From a virus (lineage: Duplodnaviria; Caudoviricetes): 39,068 nucleotides of DNA. Under the pieces are notes generated by a model. That model saw nothing but the letters and a program-made list of their open reading frames with translations, made no database searches and had not been told where the DNA came from. The stretch covers positions 1-39,068 of IMG/VR virus record IMGVR_UViG_3300032216_001007. One strand, 5' to 3'. This document shows positions 7,833 to 17,100 of this stretch, in pieces. The number at the start of each line of letters is the position of its first letter. Positions within the stretch are counted from its first letter, which is position 1. Made by a program: the position numbers and the translations under genes.

Positions 7833-8966
7833 TTATCCGGTAATCCACCACATGGGTTGTGCCCCGTCTACATATCTGCGCAAGTCATCTTCTAACTTGT
7901 CCATTTCGGCTGCGGCCTCGGTTTTGAGTGCTTCGCCATTTAGGGTAGTACCGCCCTGTGGACCAGCTATAGATCCAAATTTGCTACGTGCTTCGCCTAC
8001 AATGCGTTTAGCAAAACTGTAGGCATAGTCTTGAATCCAGGGAAAAGCCATGTGATCATTTAGTAGCATGACATCGGGCTTGTAATTGTAGATCTGCAAC
8101 ATCACGTTCTCAGAAGGCACGTCACTTAGATTACTCCACACTTGTGTACTGCGCAGATCTTGTGTCACAACTTCAGCTCGTTCCAGTTGTGTCTTGGCTT
8201 TGACTGTTATAGTGGTCAGCAATCCGTCTACGGCTTCAACCATGTAGTTGTTATTGTATCCACCAATGCGGCAATTGGCAACGGTAATGCTGTCGCCGGG
8301 ATTGATGTGCCATACATCTTTTGTTCGTATAGTAATAGTGCTGCCCGCTGTTAGCCCACTTGCACTTAGTGCCAGCAATCTAATGTAATTGTGTCCAGCG
8401 TTAGGTATCTTGCGCACAATAGTCAGCTTCTTAGTAGTGGGATTCCACAAGAAGTTCATGAAACCACCAAACATCTTCATGGCTTGCTTTTGATAATCCA
8501 CAAACAATTCGTAGTTGGTAAGTCCACCTACACGCCCTGCTACCAACATATAGGTATTCAAGTAGCCCGACGCAAATGGTTCAAACTGGCTGGCTGTGGT
8601 ACCTGTAACGCTACCAATACCTCTGCGGAACACTTGTCGCACTGTCATGATTTCCTTGGGCAAGATGTACTCTTGTACTTCGGGCAGGAGATCTAGAAAC
8701 GCATAACTCTCTTCTTGGCTGTTGGCACTGCGCTGACGATACTTGATTAGTGCTTGGTTGATGGCTAATTCGTAGTGTTCTTTGTCTAGTTCAACGTCAA
8801 CGATTTGATCACCTAAACGCAGTCTAATATAGTCAGTGATTTCGGCTCGCTTGATGTTAAGAGATTCTAGCTGAGTATCATCAAATGCAATCTGCCCTGG
8901 CCCACCAAGATTGTCTGTGACTAGGCTAAGTGTGTTATTTTTTAATCCGGGTTTAAGTGTCGCCAT
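7833..8966 (-). CDS. Neck / head-tail adaptor protein (T4 gp13-like)
   Basis: YIRLRLGDQIVDVELDKEHYELAINQAL; C-terminal WIQDYA...K..VGEARSKF...GPQGGTTLNG..LK.EA. Confidence 0.85.
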   Translation of the reverse strand: MATLKPGLKNNTLSLVTDNLGGPGQIAFDDTQLESLNIKRAEITDYIRLRLGDQIVDVELDKEHYELAINQALIKYRQRSANSQEESYAFLDLLPEVQEYILPKEIMTVRQVFRRGIGSVTGTTASQFEPFASGYLNTYMLVAGRVGGLTNYELFVDYQKQAMKMFGGFMNFLWNPTTKKLTIVRKIPNAGHNYIRLLALSASGLTAGSTITIRTKDVWHINPGDSITVANCRIGGYNNNYMVEAVDGLLTTITVKAKTQLERAEVVTQDLRSTQVWSNLSDVPSENVMLQIYNYKPDVMLLNDHMAFPWIQDYAYSFAKRIVGEARSKFGSIAGPQGGTTLNGEALKTEAAAEMDKLEDDLRRYVDGAQPMWWITG

Positions 8967-8970
8967 GTTG

Positions 8971-9006
8971 GTATCCTGTTTGTGTATTTAGCACAGAACA
9001 GGATAC
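8971..9006 (-). promoter_or_regulatory. RBS-sequestering hairpin with late promoter motif (TAAATA, 8985-8990) in its loop
   Basis: GTATCCTGTTCTGTG-CTAAATA-CACAAACAGGATAC-CAAC-ATG; 14-bp stem with one bulge; SD AGGA lies in the 3' arm. Confidence 0.8.
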
Positions 9007-9015
9007 CTACGATGA

Positions 9016-10191
9016 CTATTGCACTTTGAGCAGCACAGTATCCTCATTGATACGCCCATTTAGACGGATCTCTGTAGCACGAATATCTTTGATAAACGTG
9101 CGCAATGCCACTTTACCTGCTTTGTTGAACTCTTTGAGCTGATCTGCTGGCTTGCGCAGTGTCTTGGCCACACTCTTCTGATCGTCAAAGTTCAAGATGC
9201 TGGTACCTTTTACAGTCAATGTCTGATAGCTGGCTGCTACATAACGACCCAGCTTACGTGTCTTGGCGTTAAAGATCCACAGCTCAGTAGCACCCACAAT
9301 GTCCACAGGGTTGATACTGACCAGTTTGAGCTCTTTGTTCTCTTTGGCGTACTTGAGTCGTGCTACCAGCTTGTCTTTAGCAGGTGCTTTCTTGACACGT
9401 GTCACCCGCTTGGTGGCACGTTTGACGTCACGATACTGTTCAACTGCTGCCAGCAAGGCGTCAAGCCATGCCAAGATTCGACGATAGTCTGCTGCCTTGA
9501 GGAATCGATAGCCCTCAACCAGTTGCTCGTCTGCTTTGTCTTGTGCTCGTGCCAACTCGTCGCGATGACGCTGGAATACGGCTTGATACTTGCCCAGCTG
9601 GCTCTGTGCCACGCTGTGCGCAGTAAAGAAGTCGTAGGGCTTGAAGTCGCTCTTTACGTTAGCAAACACATCATCATATCGACCTTCGAGCTCACCAATC
9701 AATTCACTGGTTTTCTCGTTCAAACGGTCTTGGATGGTGGGGCGATACGCTTCTACTTTTACTGCTGTTTCTTCTACAGCCACTGTTTCGGGCTCGGCTG
9801 TACCAATGGCTTCAAGAATCATCTTGGTCATGAACTCGATATGACGTGGACGGAAGGGCATGCCAGCACGATGCGCCATGACCAGGCTGCACACTGTCAT
9901 GGGGATGCTGCGATCTGCTGCACGATCAAATGCCTTAACTTCTTCTTTACTGAAGTCTGCAACCGACTTCATCCACTCTACCACATACTTTTTGGTTTCT
10001 TTTTGATTGTAGTAGTAATTGTAGTAGTAGAAGCTGCGACGTAGGTGATGATCAAAGTCCTCATCTGTCATGTCTCGGGCACGTTCAGTGTCCCAGGCTG
10101 GTTCGGGACCAGTGTACTTTTCATCAAAAAATATGGGATTGCGTGTCTTTTTAACTTTGTTTGCAATCTTAACGCCAGCTACTGTTGCCAT
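9016..10191 (-). CDS. Phage hypothetical protein (391 aa), probable early gene; start revised to ATG 10191
   Basis: The listed start at 10251 is the TTG of the -35 box; ATG 10191 has AGGAG 7 nt upstream. Basic, helical protein ending NGRINEDTVLLKVQ. Confidence 0.8.
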   Translation of the reverse strand: MATVAGVKIANKVKKTRNPIFFDEKYTGPEPAWDTERARDMTDEDFDHHLRRSFYYYNYYYNQKETKKYVVEWMKSVADFSKEEVKAFDRAADRSIPMTVCSLVMAHRAGMPFRPRHIEFMTKMILEAIGTAEPETVAVEETAVKVEAYRPTIQDRLNEKTSELIGELEGRYDDVFANVKSDFKPYDFFTAHSVAQSQLGKYQAVFQRHRDELARAQDKADEQLVEGYRFLKAADYRRILAWLDALLAAVEQYRDVKRATKRVTRVKKAPAKDKLVARLKYAKENKELKLVSINPVDIVGATELWIFNAKTRKLGRYVAASYQTLTVKGTSILNFDDQKSVAKTLRKPADQLKEFNKAGKVALRTFIKDIRATEIRLNGRINEDTVLLKVQ

Positions 10192-10222
10192 GCATTTACT
10201 CCTAATGTAGTGGAACTCTGCT

Positions 10223-10251
10223 ATTATATATGATATTGTTGCCCTTGTCAA
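10223..10251 (-). promoter_or_regulatory. Perfect sigma70 consensus promoter
   Basis: TTGACA (10251-10246) - 17 nt - TATAAT (10228-10223). Confidence 0.9.
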
Positions 10252-10257
10252 CCGGGC

Positions 10258-10263
10258 TAAATA
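10258..10263 (+). promoter_or_regulatory. Late promoter motif TAAATA for the gp14-gp15 operon
   Basis: GGC-TAAATA-TCAAAT-AAGGA-CCCATTTTT-ATG. Confidence 0.65.
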
Positions 10264-10283
10264 TCAAATAAGGACCCATTTTT

Positions 10284-11474
10284 ATGCCACGTTTAAGCCT
10301 TTGGCGCGAAAATCACTCAAATGATTACAACTATTTTGATCGCAGGATCAGTGAGATGTTCACCATAGGCGGAACTGGCGTGCTGGTACACAAATATTTG
10401 GGCACCAAAAACAATACCAATTTGGACAACAAAGAAATTCCGAATTACGCAAATCAAAGCGAGCGCAACATACAAGACCTGTTGTTCTTAGAAAACCGTG
10501 ATAGAAAATATGATACCAGTGTCTACAGCATGCGCGGTATCTATCAAGTCAGCGATAGTGATTTCAGTTTAGAGCAGTTTGGTCTTTTCTTACAAACCGG
10601 AACAGTGTTTATGACTTTCCACATCAATGACATGGTGTCAACTCTGGGTCGTAGGATAGTCAGCGGCGATGTGATTGAGCTGTTGCATCTTAAAGATTTT
10701 GAAGCACTAACTGATGTGCCGGTTGCACTCAAAAGATATTTCGTAGTTGGTGATGCCAGCAAAAGCAGCGAAGGATTTAGCCCCACTTGGTGGCCACATC
10801 TATGGCGTTGTAAAATCAACCCGTTAGTAGACAGCCAAGAGTACAAAGACATCATAAACCAAATCGAAACCACAACCAACGCCGCAGGTGACGAAGTTCC
10901 TGTTGGTACCTTGGGCAGCTTGTTGAGTACCTATAACAAATACAAAGACATCAATCAAGCCATTATAGATCAAGCCGAAATTGACTTGCCTAAGAGTGGC
11001 TACGACACTTCAATGATTTACACCAAACCAACTGCTGCCGACGGTACCGTAGGTGACCCAGTTGGCTTGTCAGCTGATAACGAAGGCACCATCGATGCAA
11101 CATCAACTATCGATACTGCTGACAAAGCCAGAGTAACCCCAGACGCCAAAGTGTCAGGCTACATGACTGGAGATGGTGTTGCACCAAATGGACTGGCTGT
11201 TGCTACTGGTATCAGTTTCCCTTATGAACCAGTCACCGGAGACTACTGTTTAAGAGTTGACTATGTACCAAACCGTTTGTTTAGATTTGACGGCAAACGT
11301 TGGGTCAAGATTGAAGATAGTGTACGCACTAATTTGACTCCCGGTGCCGGCAACAATCAAACTCAGAAGAGCGGATTTGTCAATAATGCCAACACCTATA
11401 CTGATTCGTCAGGTCAACAGCACAGCGAGCGACAGAGCCTGAGCCAAGCACTAAAACCCAAGGCAGATAATTAA
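10284..11474 (+). CDS. Neck / head closure protein (T4 gp14-like) with C-terminal extension
   Basis: QDLLFLENRDRKYD, LEQFGLFL, FHINDM..TLGR.I..GDVIEL; immediately upstream of the gp15-like gene (TAATG overlap). Confidence 0.7.
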   Translation: MPRLSLWRENHSNDYNYFDRRISEMFTIGGTGVLVHKYLGTKNNTNLDNKEIPNYANQSERNIQDLLFLENRDRKYDTSVYSMRGIYQVSDSDFSLEQFGLFLQTGTVFMTFHINDMVSTLGRRIVSGDVIELLHLKDFEALTDVPVALKRYFVVGDASKSSEGFSPTWWPHLWRCKINPLVDSQEYKDIINQIETTTNAAGDEVPVGTLGSLLSTYNKYKDINQAIIDQAEIDLPKSGYDTSMIYTKPTAADGTVGDPVGLSADNEGTIDATSTIDTADKARVTPDAKVSGYMTGDGVAPNGLAVATGISFPYEPVTGDYCLRVDYVPNRLFRFDGKRWVKIEDSVRTNLTPGAGNNQTQKSGFVNNANTYTDSSGQQHSERQSLSQALKPKADN

Positions 11475-12910
11475 TGACTGCTCCATATCATACAACTTTT
11501 TTCTACGATCGGCAAGTACGCAGATTCTTGCAGCAATTCATCCGCATCATCAGCAACTTTCAAGTTGAGATGGGCCTGGACGAAACAGGTAATCAGGTGC
11601 TACAGCAAGTGCCAGTGTTTTATGGTGATGCCAGCAGGCAGGCCAGCCAGATACTACGCAATAATAGTGAGAATGCTATCAAGAGCGTACCGGCCATGGC
11701 AGTACACATCAGCGCATTCAACTACGACCGAGATCGAGTACAAGATCCAACGCACGTAGGCAAGCTGAACATTAGAACACAGGCTGTTGACCCAGCAACT
11801 GGCTTGCCCACAGGGCAACAGGGCGATTCGTTTACTGTTGAGAGATTGATGCCAGTACCTTATAGGTTGACACTCAAAGTGGATGTGTGGACCAGCAATA
11901 CTGAACAAAAACTCATGCTGTTAGAACAGATCATGGTGTTGTTTAATCCAGCATTTGAAATACAGAGCACTGACAACTATATTGATTGGACCAGTTTGAG
12001 TTATGTCTTGTTAACTAACATTGATTGGAGCAATCGTGCAGTTCCAGCTGGTACAGAAGAAACCATAGACATAGCCAGTTTGACGTTTGAACTTCCTATA
12101 TGGATCAGCCCGCCGGCCAAGGTCAAGAAGCTGGGGGTGGTACAAGCAGTTATCAATTCCATGTATGACCCAAATGGCAATTTAGTGGATTTTGCGGGTG
12201 CCGCGGGCCATACTGGCGACCCGGGCTTGGGCGATTTCCTAACACAACGGGCTCTTACTTTCTTAAACTACGGCGTCATATATCAAGGCAATACACTAAA
12301 GTTAGTACGCAAAAACGACATTTCGGCCGTGGAAGCTAGTCTAAGTGTAGACTCAAATGTAAAAAACCGACTGCGCCATACATGGCCAGCAGTACTAGAC
12401 CAATACGGAAAATTAAAAAATGGAACTAGCCAAATTAGATTGAAACAAAGTGGCGGTAGCGAAGTAGTTGGGGTTGTAGCTTTACACCCAACTGATGAAT
12501 CTTTGTTGTTATTTACACCACATCTAGACACCTTGCCAGGCAATACATTGGATCCAATCAATGCCATTATCAATCCACTAAATGTCAACGTCAACACGCA
12601 TTTACTAAATCCAGTGACTGGTACTAGATATTTGCTACTGCATGCCATAGGCAGCGCCAGCGACACCGAAAGTGCGCCAGCTTGGAATTACGCTGGACAG
12701 CCAGAGCTAATTGCTCAAGCAAATGATATAGTAGAATTCAACGGCAAGCATTGGGTGGTAGTTTTTGCTTCTACTACTCAAAAAAATGTCAATAGTCTTG
12801 AGTATGTGACCAATTTGACCACTGGTGTACAATATCGTTGGGCCAATTCAGAGTGGACCAAGAGCGTAGAAGGCACATATGATGCCGGCTTCTGGAGAAT
12901 GATACTGTGA
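11474..12910 (+). CDS. Tail terminator / sheath stabiliser (T4 gp15-like) with C-terminal extension
   Basis: FFYDRQVRRFL.QF, VPVFYG, MPVPY.L...V..W, LEQI..LFNP, LTFELPIWISPP. Confidence 0.85.
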   Translation: MTAPYHTTFFYDRQVRRFLQQFIRIISNFQVEMGLDETGNQVLQQVPVFYGDASRQASQILRNNSENAIKSVPAMAVHISAFNYDRDRVQDPTHVGKLNIRTQAVDPATGLPTGQQGDSFTVERLMPVPYRLTLKVDVWTSNTEQKLMLLEQIMVLFNPAFEIQSTDNYIDWTSLSYVLLTNIDWSNRAVPAGTEETIDIASLTFELPIWISPPAKVKKLGVVQAVINSMYDPNGNLVDFAGAAGHTGDPGLGDFLTQRALTFLNYGVIYQGNTLKLVRKNDISAVEASLSVDSNVKNRLRHTWPAVLDQYGKLKNGTSQIRLKQSGGSEVVGVVALHPTDESLLLFTPHLDTLPGNTLDPINAIINPLNVNVNTHLLNPVTGTRYLLLHAIGSASDTESAPAWNYAGQPELIAQANDIVEFNGKHWVVVFASTTQKNVNSLEYVTNLTTGVQYRWANSEWTKSVEGTYDAGFWRMIL

Positions 12911-13341
12911 TACAAGGCACTGGTGCGTTGATATGCTGCACCAAAACCAATCGTTATTTGTTTTTATTGCGAGCCGGCAACAAATATGCCAACACATGGG
13001 GACTGCCCGGTGGCAAAATCGAAGAAGGTGAGTTGGCTAGTACTGCACTGTCTCGGGAAATTGAAGAAGAACTAGGTGGTGTCATACGCGGCTGTAAACT
13101 GGTGCCCATAGAAACATTTACCAGTACCAATGAGAACTTTACCTATTCGACCTTTTTAATCACAGTTGAGCATGAGTTTATTCCCGAGTTAAACGAGGAG
13201 CATATTGGCTATGCTTGGGCTCCATTGGAACAGTACCCCAAGCCCCTGCATCCGGGTGTATGGAGAACTCTAGTACTGCCAGAAGTGGCAAATAAAATAA
13301 CGATTGCTATACAAGCTCAAACACAATTAATAGTGGCATAA
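12907..13341 (+). CDS. Nudix hydrolase
   Basis: Nudix box GGKIEEGELASTALSREIEEELG; GTGA overlap with the gp15-like gene. Confidence 0.92.
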   Translation: MIQGTGALICCTKTNRYLFLLRAGNKYANTWGLPGGKIEEGELASTALSREIEEELGGVIRGCKLVPIETFTSTNENFTYSTFLITVEHEFIPELNEEHIGYAWAPLEQYPKPLHPGVWRTLVLPEVANKITIAIQAQTQLIVA

Positions 13342-13344
13342 ATT

Positions 13345-13950
13345 ATGATATACGAAGAAGCCAAGCAGCAGTTGATGCCATTGCTATCAAGTGATAGACC
13401 AATTGGAATATTTGTCAGTGGCGGGTTTGACAGCAGTACTTTACTGTATCTTTGTCTTTCACTCATGCGTGAAAATAATCTATCTACAAAATTTAGAGCG
13501 TTTAATATCCCAAGCCACGTGGGTAGTGTGCGCCATGCTGTCCGAGTAGTCAAATGGATGAATAAAAAGTTTGGTACTAAAGTATACATCACGCTAGTCG
13601 GTGATCAGGACGAACATCATAGCAAACAGGTACTAAGCGGACTGCAGGATGCTGCTGAGGAATATGATCACCTTTTATTAGGGGACACATCAAATCCACC
13701 AGATTTGCCTGGCGGGCCCGAGCGCGTCAAGAGCACATCGAATAGAGTCGTACAACCTTTTTTTGATTTTACTAAAAAAGATGTAGTCAAACTGGCTTAT
13801 GACATGGGATTTATTGAGGCTGGTGATCTAACACATACCTGCGCTATGACTACACTATCGGATGCCAGACGCTGTAATCAATGTTGGTTTTGCAAAGAGC
13901 GTGCATGGGCTTTTGCAGCCAACGGTATTATCGATACCGGTAAAATGTGA
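13345..13950 (+). CDS. QueC-like PP-loop ATPase (7-cyano-7-deazaguanine synthase family)
   Basis: N-terminal VSGGFDSSTLL; PF..FTKKDVV; C-terminal zinc motif C-x10-CNQCWFCKERAWAF. Confidence 0.75.
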   Translation: MIYEEAKQQLMPLLSSDRPIGIFVSGGFDSSTLLYLCLSLMRENNLSTKFRAFNIPSHVGSVRHAVRVVKWMNKKFGTKVYITLVGDQDEHHSKQVLSGLQDAAEEYDHLLLGDTSNPPDLPGGPERVKSTSNRVVQPFFDFTKKDVVKLAYDMGFIEAGDLTHTCAMTTLSDARRCNQCWFCKERAWAFAANGIIDTGKM

Positions 13951-14130
13951 TTAGGGTGTGAAGTACTCAGGAAAGTGTTCTTGAGCCCAAACTAGAGCAT
14001 GCTCTAGATCTTTAAACGGGCGACCATCTACGCTGTCATGTGGTTGTCGCACCACATGATGTCCTTTTTCGTAGATGTCTAAACCAGTCTTGGGGTTAAA
14101 ACTATAGGTAAAAGTTTCTTTGAATCTCAT
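13951..14130 (-). CDS. Small hypothetical protein (59 aa), not in the ORF track
   Basis: MRFKETFTYSFNPKTGLDIYEKGHHVVRQPHDSVDGRPFKDLEHALVWAQEHFPEYFTP*; fills the gap exactly, has TATAAATA upstream and resembles ORF 34481..34738. Confidence 0.8.
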   Translation of the reverse strand: MRFKETFTYSFNPKTGLDIYEKGHHVVRQPHDSVDGRPFKDLEHALVWAQEHFPEYFTP

Positions 14131-14135
14131 ATGTG

Positions 14136-14143
14136 TATTTATA
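14136..14143 (-). promoter_or_regulatory. Exact T4 late consensus TATAAATA overlapping the glycosyltransferase stop codon
   Basis: G-TATAAATA-CACAT-ATG. Confidence 0.7.
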
Positions 14144-17100
14144 CCTTGGTGTCAACTTCAAACACGTAGTGACCAGTGTGCTGGCAAATGACGCCGGTGT
14201 CGGCCCAGACACGGAATCCGCGTCGTCGAGCCTTGTTGCAAAAATCTAAATCTTCTGACACAGTATTGGCGTGATCAATCGCAGGATGATATTCAAATTG
14301 CGGATACCCAACTGTACGCATGACTGCGGCTTTGACCAAGACACAGCCAAATCCGCATGCGGCCACTTCCACCAGTCCCCGACCATGTAGGTCAGCATAG
14401 GTGATATTTGACACTCCACCTTGACTGTTGTCGTTGTATATTTCCAATATCTGCTGTCCAGGCTGGCGCTGTATGTACAGGCCCGATACCATGTCTTGAT
14501 CATGTGCCAGCAGCCGTACTAGCGTGTCGGGCGCAAACGATATATCACTGTCTACACTGAACAAGTAGTCAAAGCCTTTTACCACCCAGTCAGCAATTAG
14601 ATTGCGTATTTGATCCACACGATATCCAAAGAAGTACTGGAAAGTGACTTCACAATCATCCGGAACCGCTAAATCATAGATGCTTTTGAATGTAGCCGCT
14701 TCTATATACTTTGCAGTAGGTATAGCAATCAGTATTTTTTTCTTTTTATTAGTTGGCATGGTTACTAGTTCCTTTGCTTTGGGTAAAATTACCGGCCGGA
14801 CCTGTTGATATACTGCGCTTTCCCGGTCCAAGAATCCAGCTGTGATTGTGGTGTCAGATGTGGTTGCTGCAAACGGTGTATAAAAATTCAAGTTGGTGAT
14901 GAGATAATTAGTCTTGTCTAGGCTCAATTGTAGGTCAAACAAGTAATTGTCGCCAAAGTAGATGTCTAGTCCTTCTGGTATGTCGTGCCATGACTGCCGG
15001 TGTATAAACATCAAGCAACCAAATCCATAGGTGTGTTGATTGGTCCAAGGCACTATGTCTATGGCGCCAGTGGTGACTGCGGGTTGATTGAATTCAGCTA
15101 CACCAGGGCACAATCCAAACACACCCGCCTCGGGAGTGATCAAGTATTGCAGTCGCTCAAACAGGTCAAGATCAAATGTGACATCATCATTGAGTATGCA
15201 CACCCTCTCATTGCGGGCGATGCCTACACCAAAGTTCCAGGCGGGATTGACATAGATGTTGCCATCAAAATCAAACATGTGTATCTTTTCATGTTGCAGT
15301 TCCGGAGGTGTGCGGTCGTGTGCATTGTCCACGATGATGATCTCATCCACTGCCGGGTGTTGGCACAGCTGAGCCAAAAACGCAACAAATTGATCCCGCA
15401 CACGCCACATGGTGGGAACCACAATGGAATACTTTTCTACTGGACGTTTATTGACGATAGCCTGTGCTGTGGCTGTTTGTTCTTGGCTGTTTACCTTGTA
15501 GTCGTTTAGTGGGTTTTTATCATTGTAGTTGTAGACTATCTGCTGTAGGCATTTGACCTTATTGGGATCAGCAGCTTCTATTAGAGCGTAGAATGTGGAT
15601 CCATCACCACCGGCGCGGAACCATTGTCCTTGATTTTTAAACATGCTGTCGTCTAAATCATCAATCAGATACTTGCTAAATGTTCTTAGATGTGTATAGG
15701 GCAAGATCCAATTAAAGTGATGCTGTCTGTAGGTTCTCGTCTGCCGAACCTGTTCTGGATAAGGCTGACTGATCAAAGGAATGCTGTCGGCCATGCTCCA
15801 GCAGCTACCATAGGTAAACTCAGTAGTACCATCATATACACTATTATAGTAATTGAATATACTATTGTCGTTAACCAGGCTATCGTCACCGTCTAAGATC
15901 ATGACTATGGCATTAGGATTAGTGATTTCTCTAATGGCAGTGACTTGATTGCAGACGGCACCCAGTCTCTCTTGATTGTAGACAATGGAGAATTTATCTT
16001 GTATGTAGTCGGGCAAACGATCCAGCGCAGCCAACAAAATGTCCACAGTATTGTCTGTGCTGGCATCATCCACCAAGATGTGCCGATAGTTATCATAGTC
16101 TTGTGTTACCACGCTCTCTATACAACGTGCTATGTAGTCCTGGCAATTATAGAATGTGCTCACTACCACTATCTCTTGTTGGGATCCAGATTTATAGTGT
16201 TCTAGTTCAACAGTATTATGATAGCGGCGCTGCCATATTAAATTCACTTGCCGATTGATCTTTGACGCCTGTTGATATTCTGCTCTTGTGAGATATCTGC
16301 CAGTTTGCTTAAAGAATAACTGCTTCCATTGCTGTGCTACACTATCCCACCCCGCAACAGGCTTCACAATGTTGCAATAGTATTGTTTTTGTTGATGTAA
16401 ATAAGTGTCACGGTATGCGCGAACAGTCATGGCCACAAACTGTTCAATTTGCTGCGCCCGGTCAACATCGGGAAACAGGTTATTGGGCTCAACGGGATAA
16501 TCAATCAAATAGCAGGCACCCTCTAGTGCCACTTCTTCTGCCGCGCCAAACCTACAGGTGATGACTGGAGTATTGTACAAGAGACTTTCCAGTATAGATA
16601 TACCAAACGTTTCCGGGAAGGCGCAGGGATATATCATGAAATTGGCCTGTGCCAGTATTGTACCAATTTGTTGTTGCGGTATTACCCCCAAGAATTCAAT
16701 GCCCCAATTGGCATACTTGGGATCAGCTACCATGCGCCGCCAATCTTGCTCCTGTGCATCAGGTTCTGACTGGGAACTGAATCTATAGTAGCCGCCAATG
16801 ACTTTTAATCGGGCTTCGGGAATCTGTGCTTTGACTCTGGGCCAGATTTCATTTACCAAGGGTATCATGCCCTTGGTCACGCTGGCATTGTAGACAAATA
16901 GGTTTCTGTCCTTGGCAGCAATATCTACTTCGGGCACATAGCAGTTGGCGCCGTTGCGGGTGGCAAACATCTTGCGCTTGAGCACTTCAAAATTACGCCT
17001 GCGTCCGTGATTGCAGTTGGTTACATAACTGAGATGAAAATCACTCAGCGTGAATATGTTGGTTATGCGATTGGATAGTGCCAGTTCTTCGATTAGGTTG

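Noticed and set aside
10192-10251. Listed N-terminal 20 codons of ORF 9016..10251
   Set aside because: The TTG is the -35 box of a consensus promoter; ATG 10191 has a proper SD
13345-13950. Calling the gene queC and inferring 7-deazaguanine DNA modification
   Set aside because: Only family-level motifs are present and no partner genes are in the window
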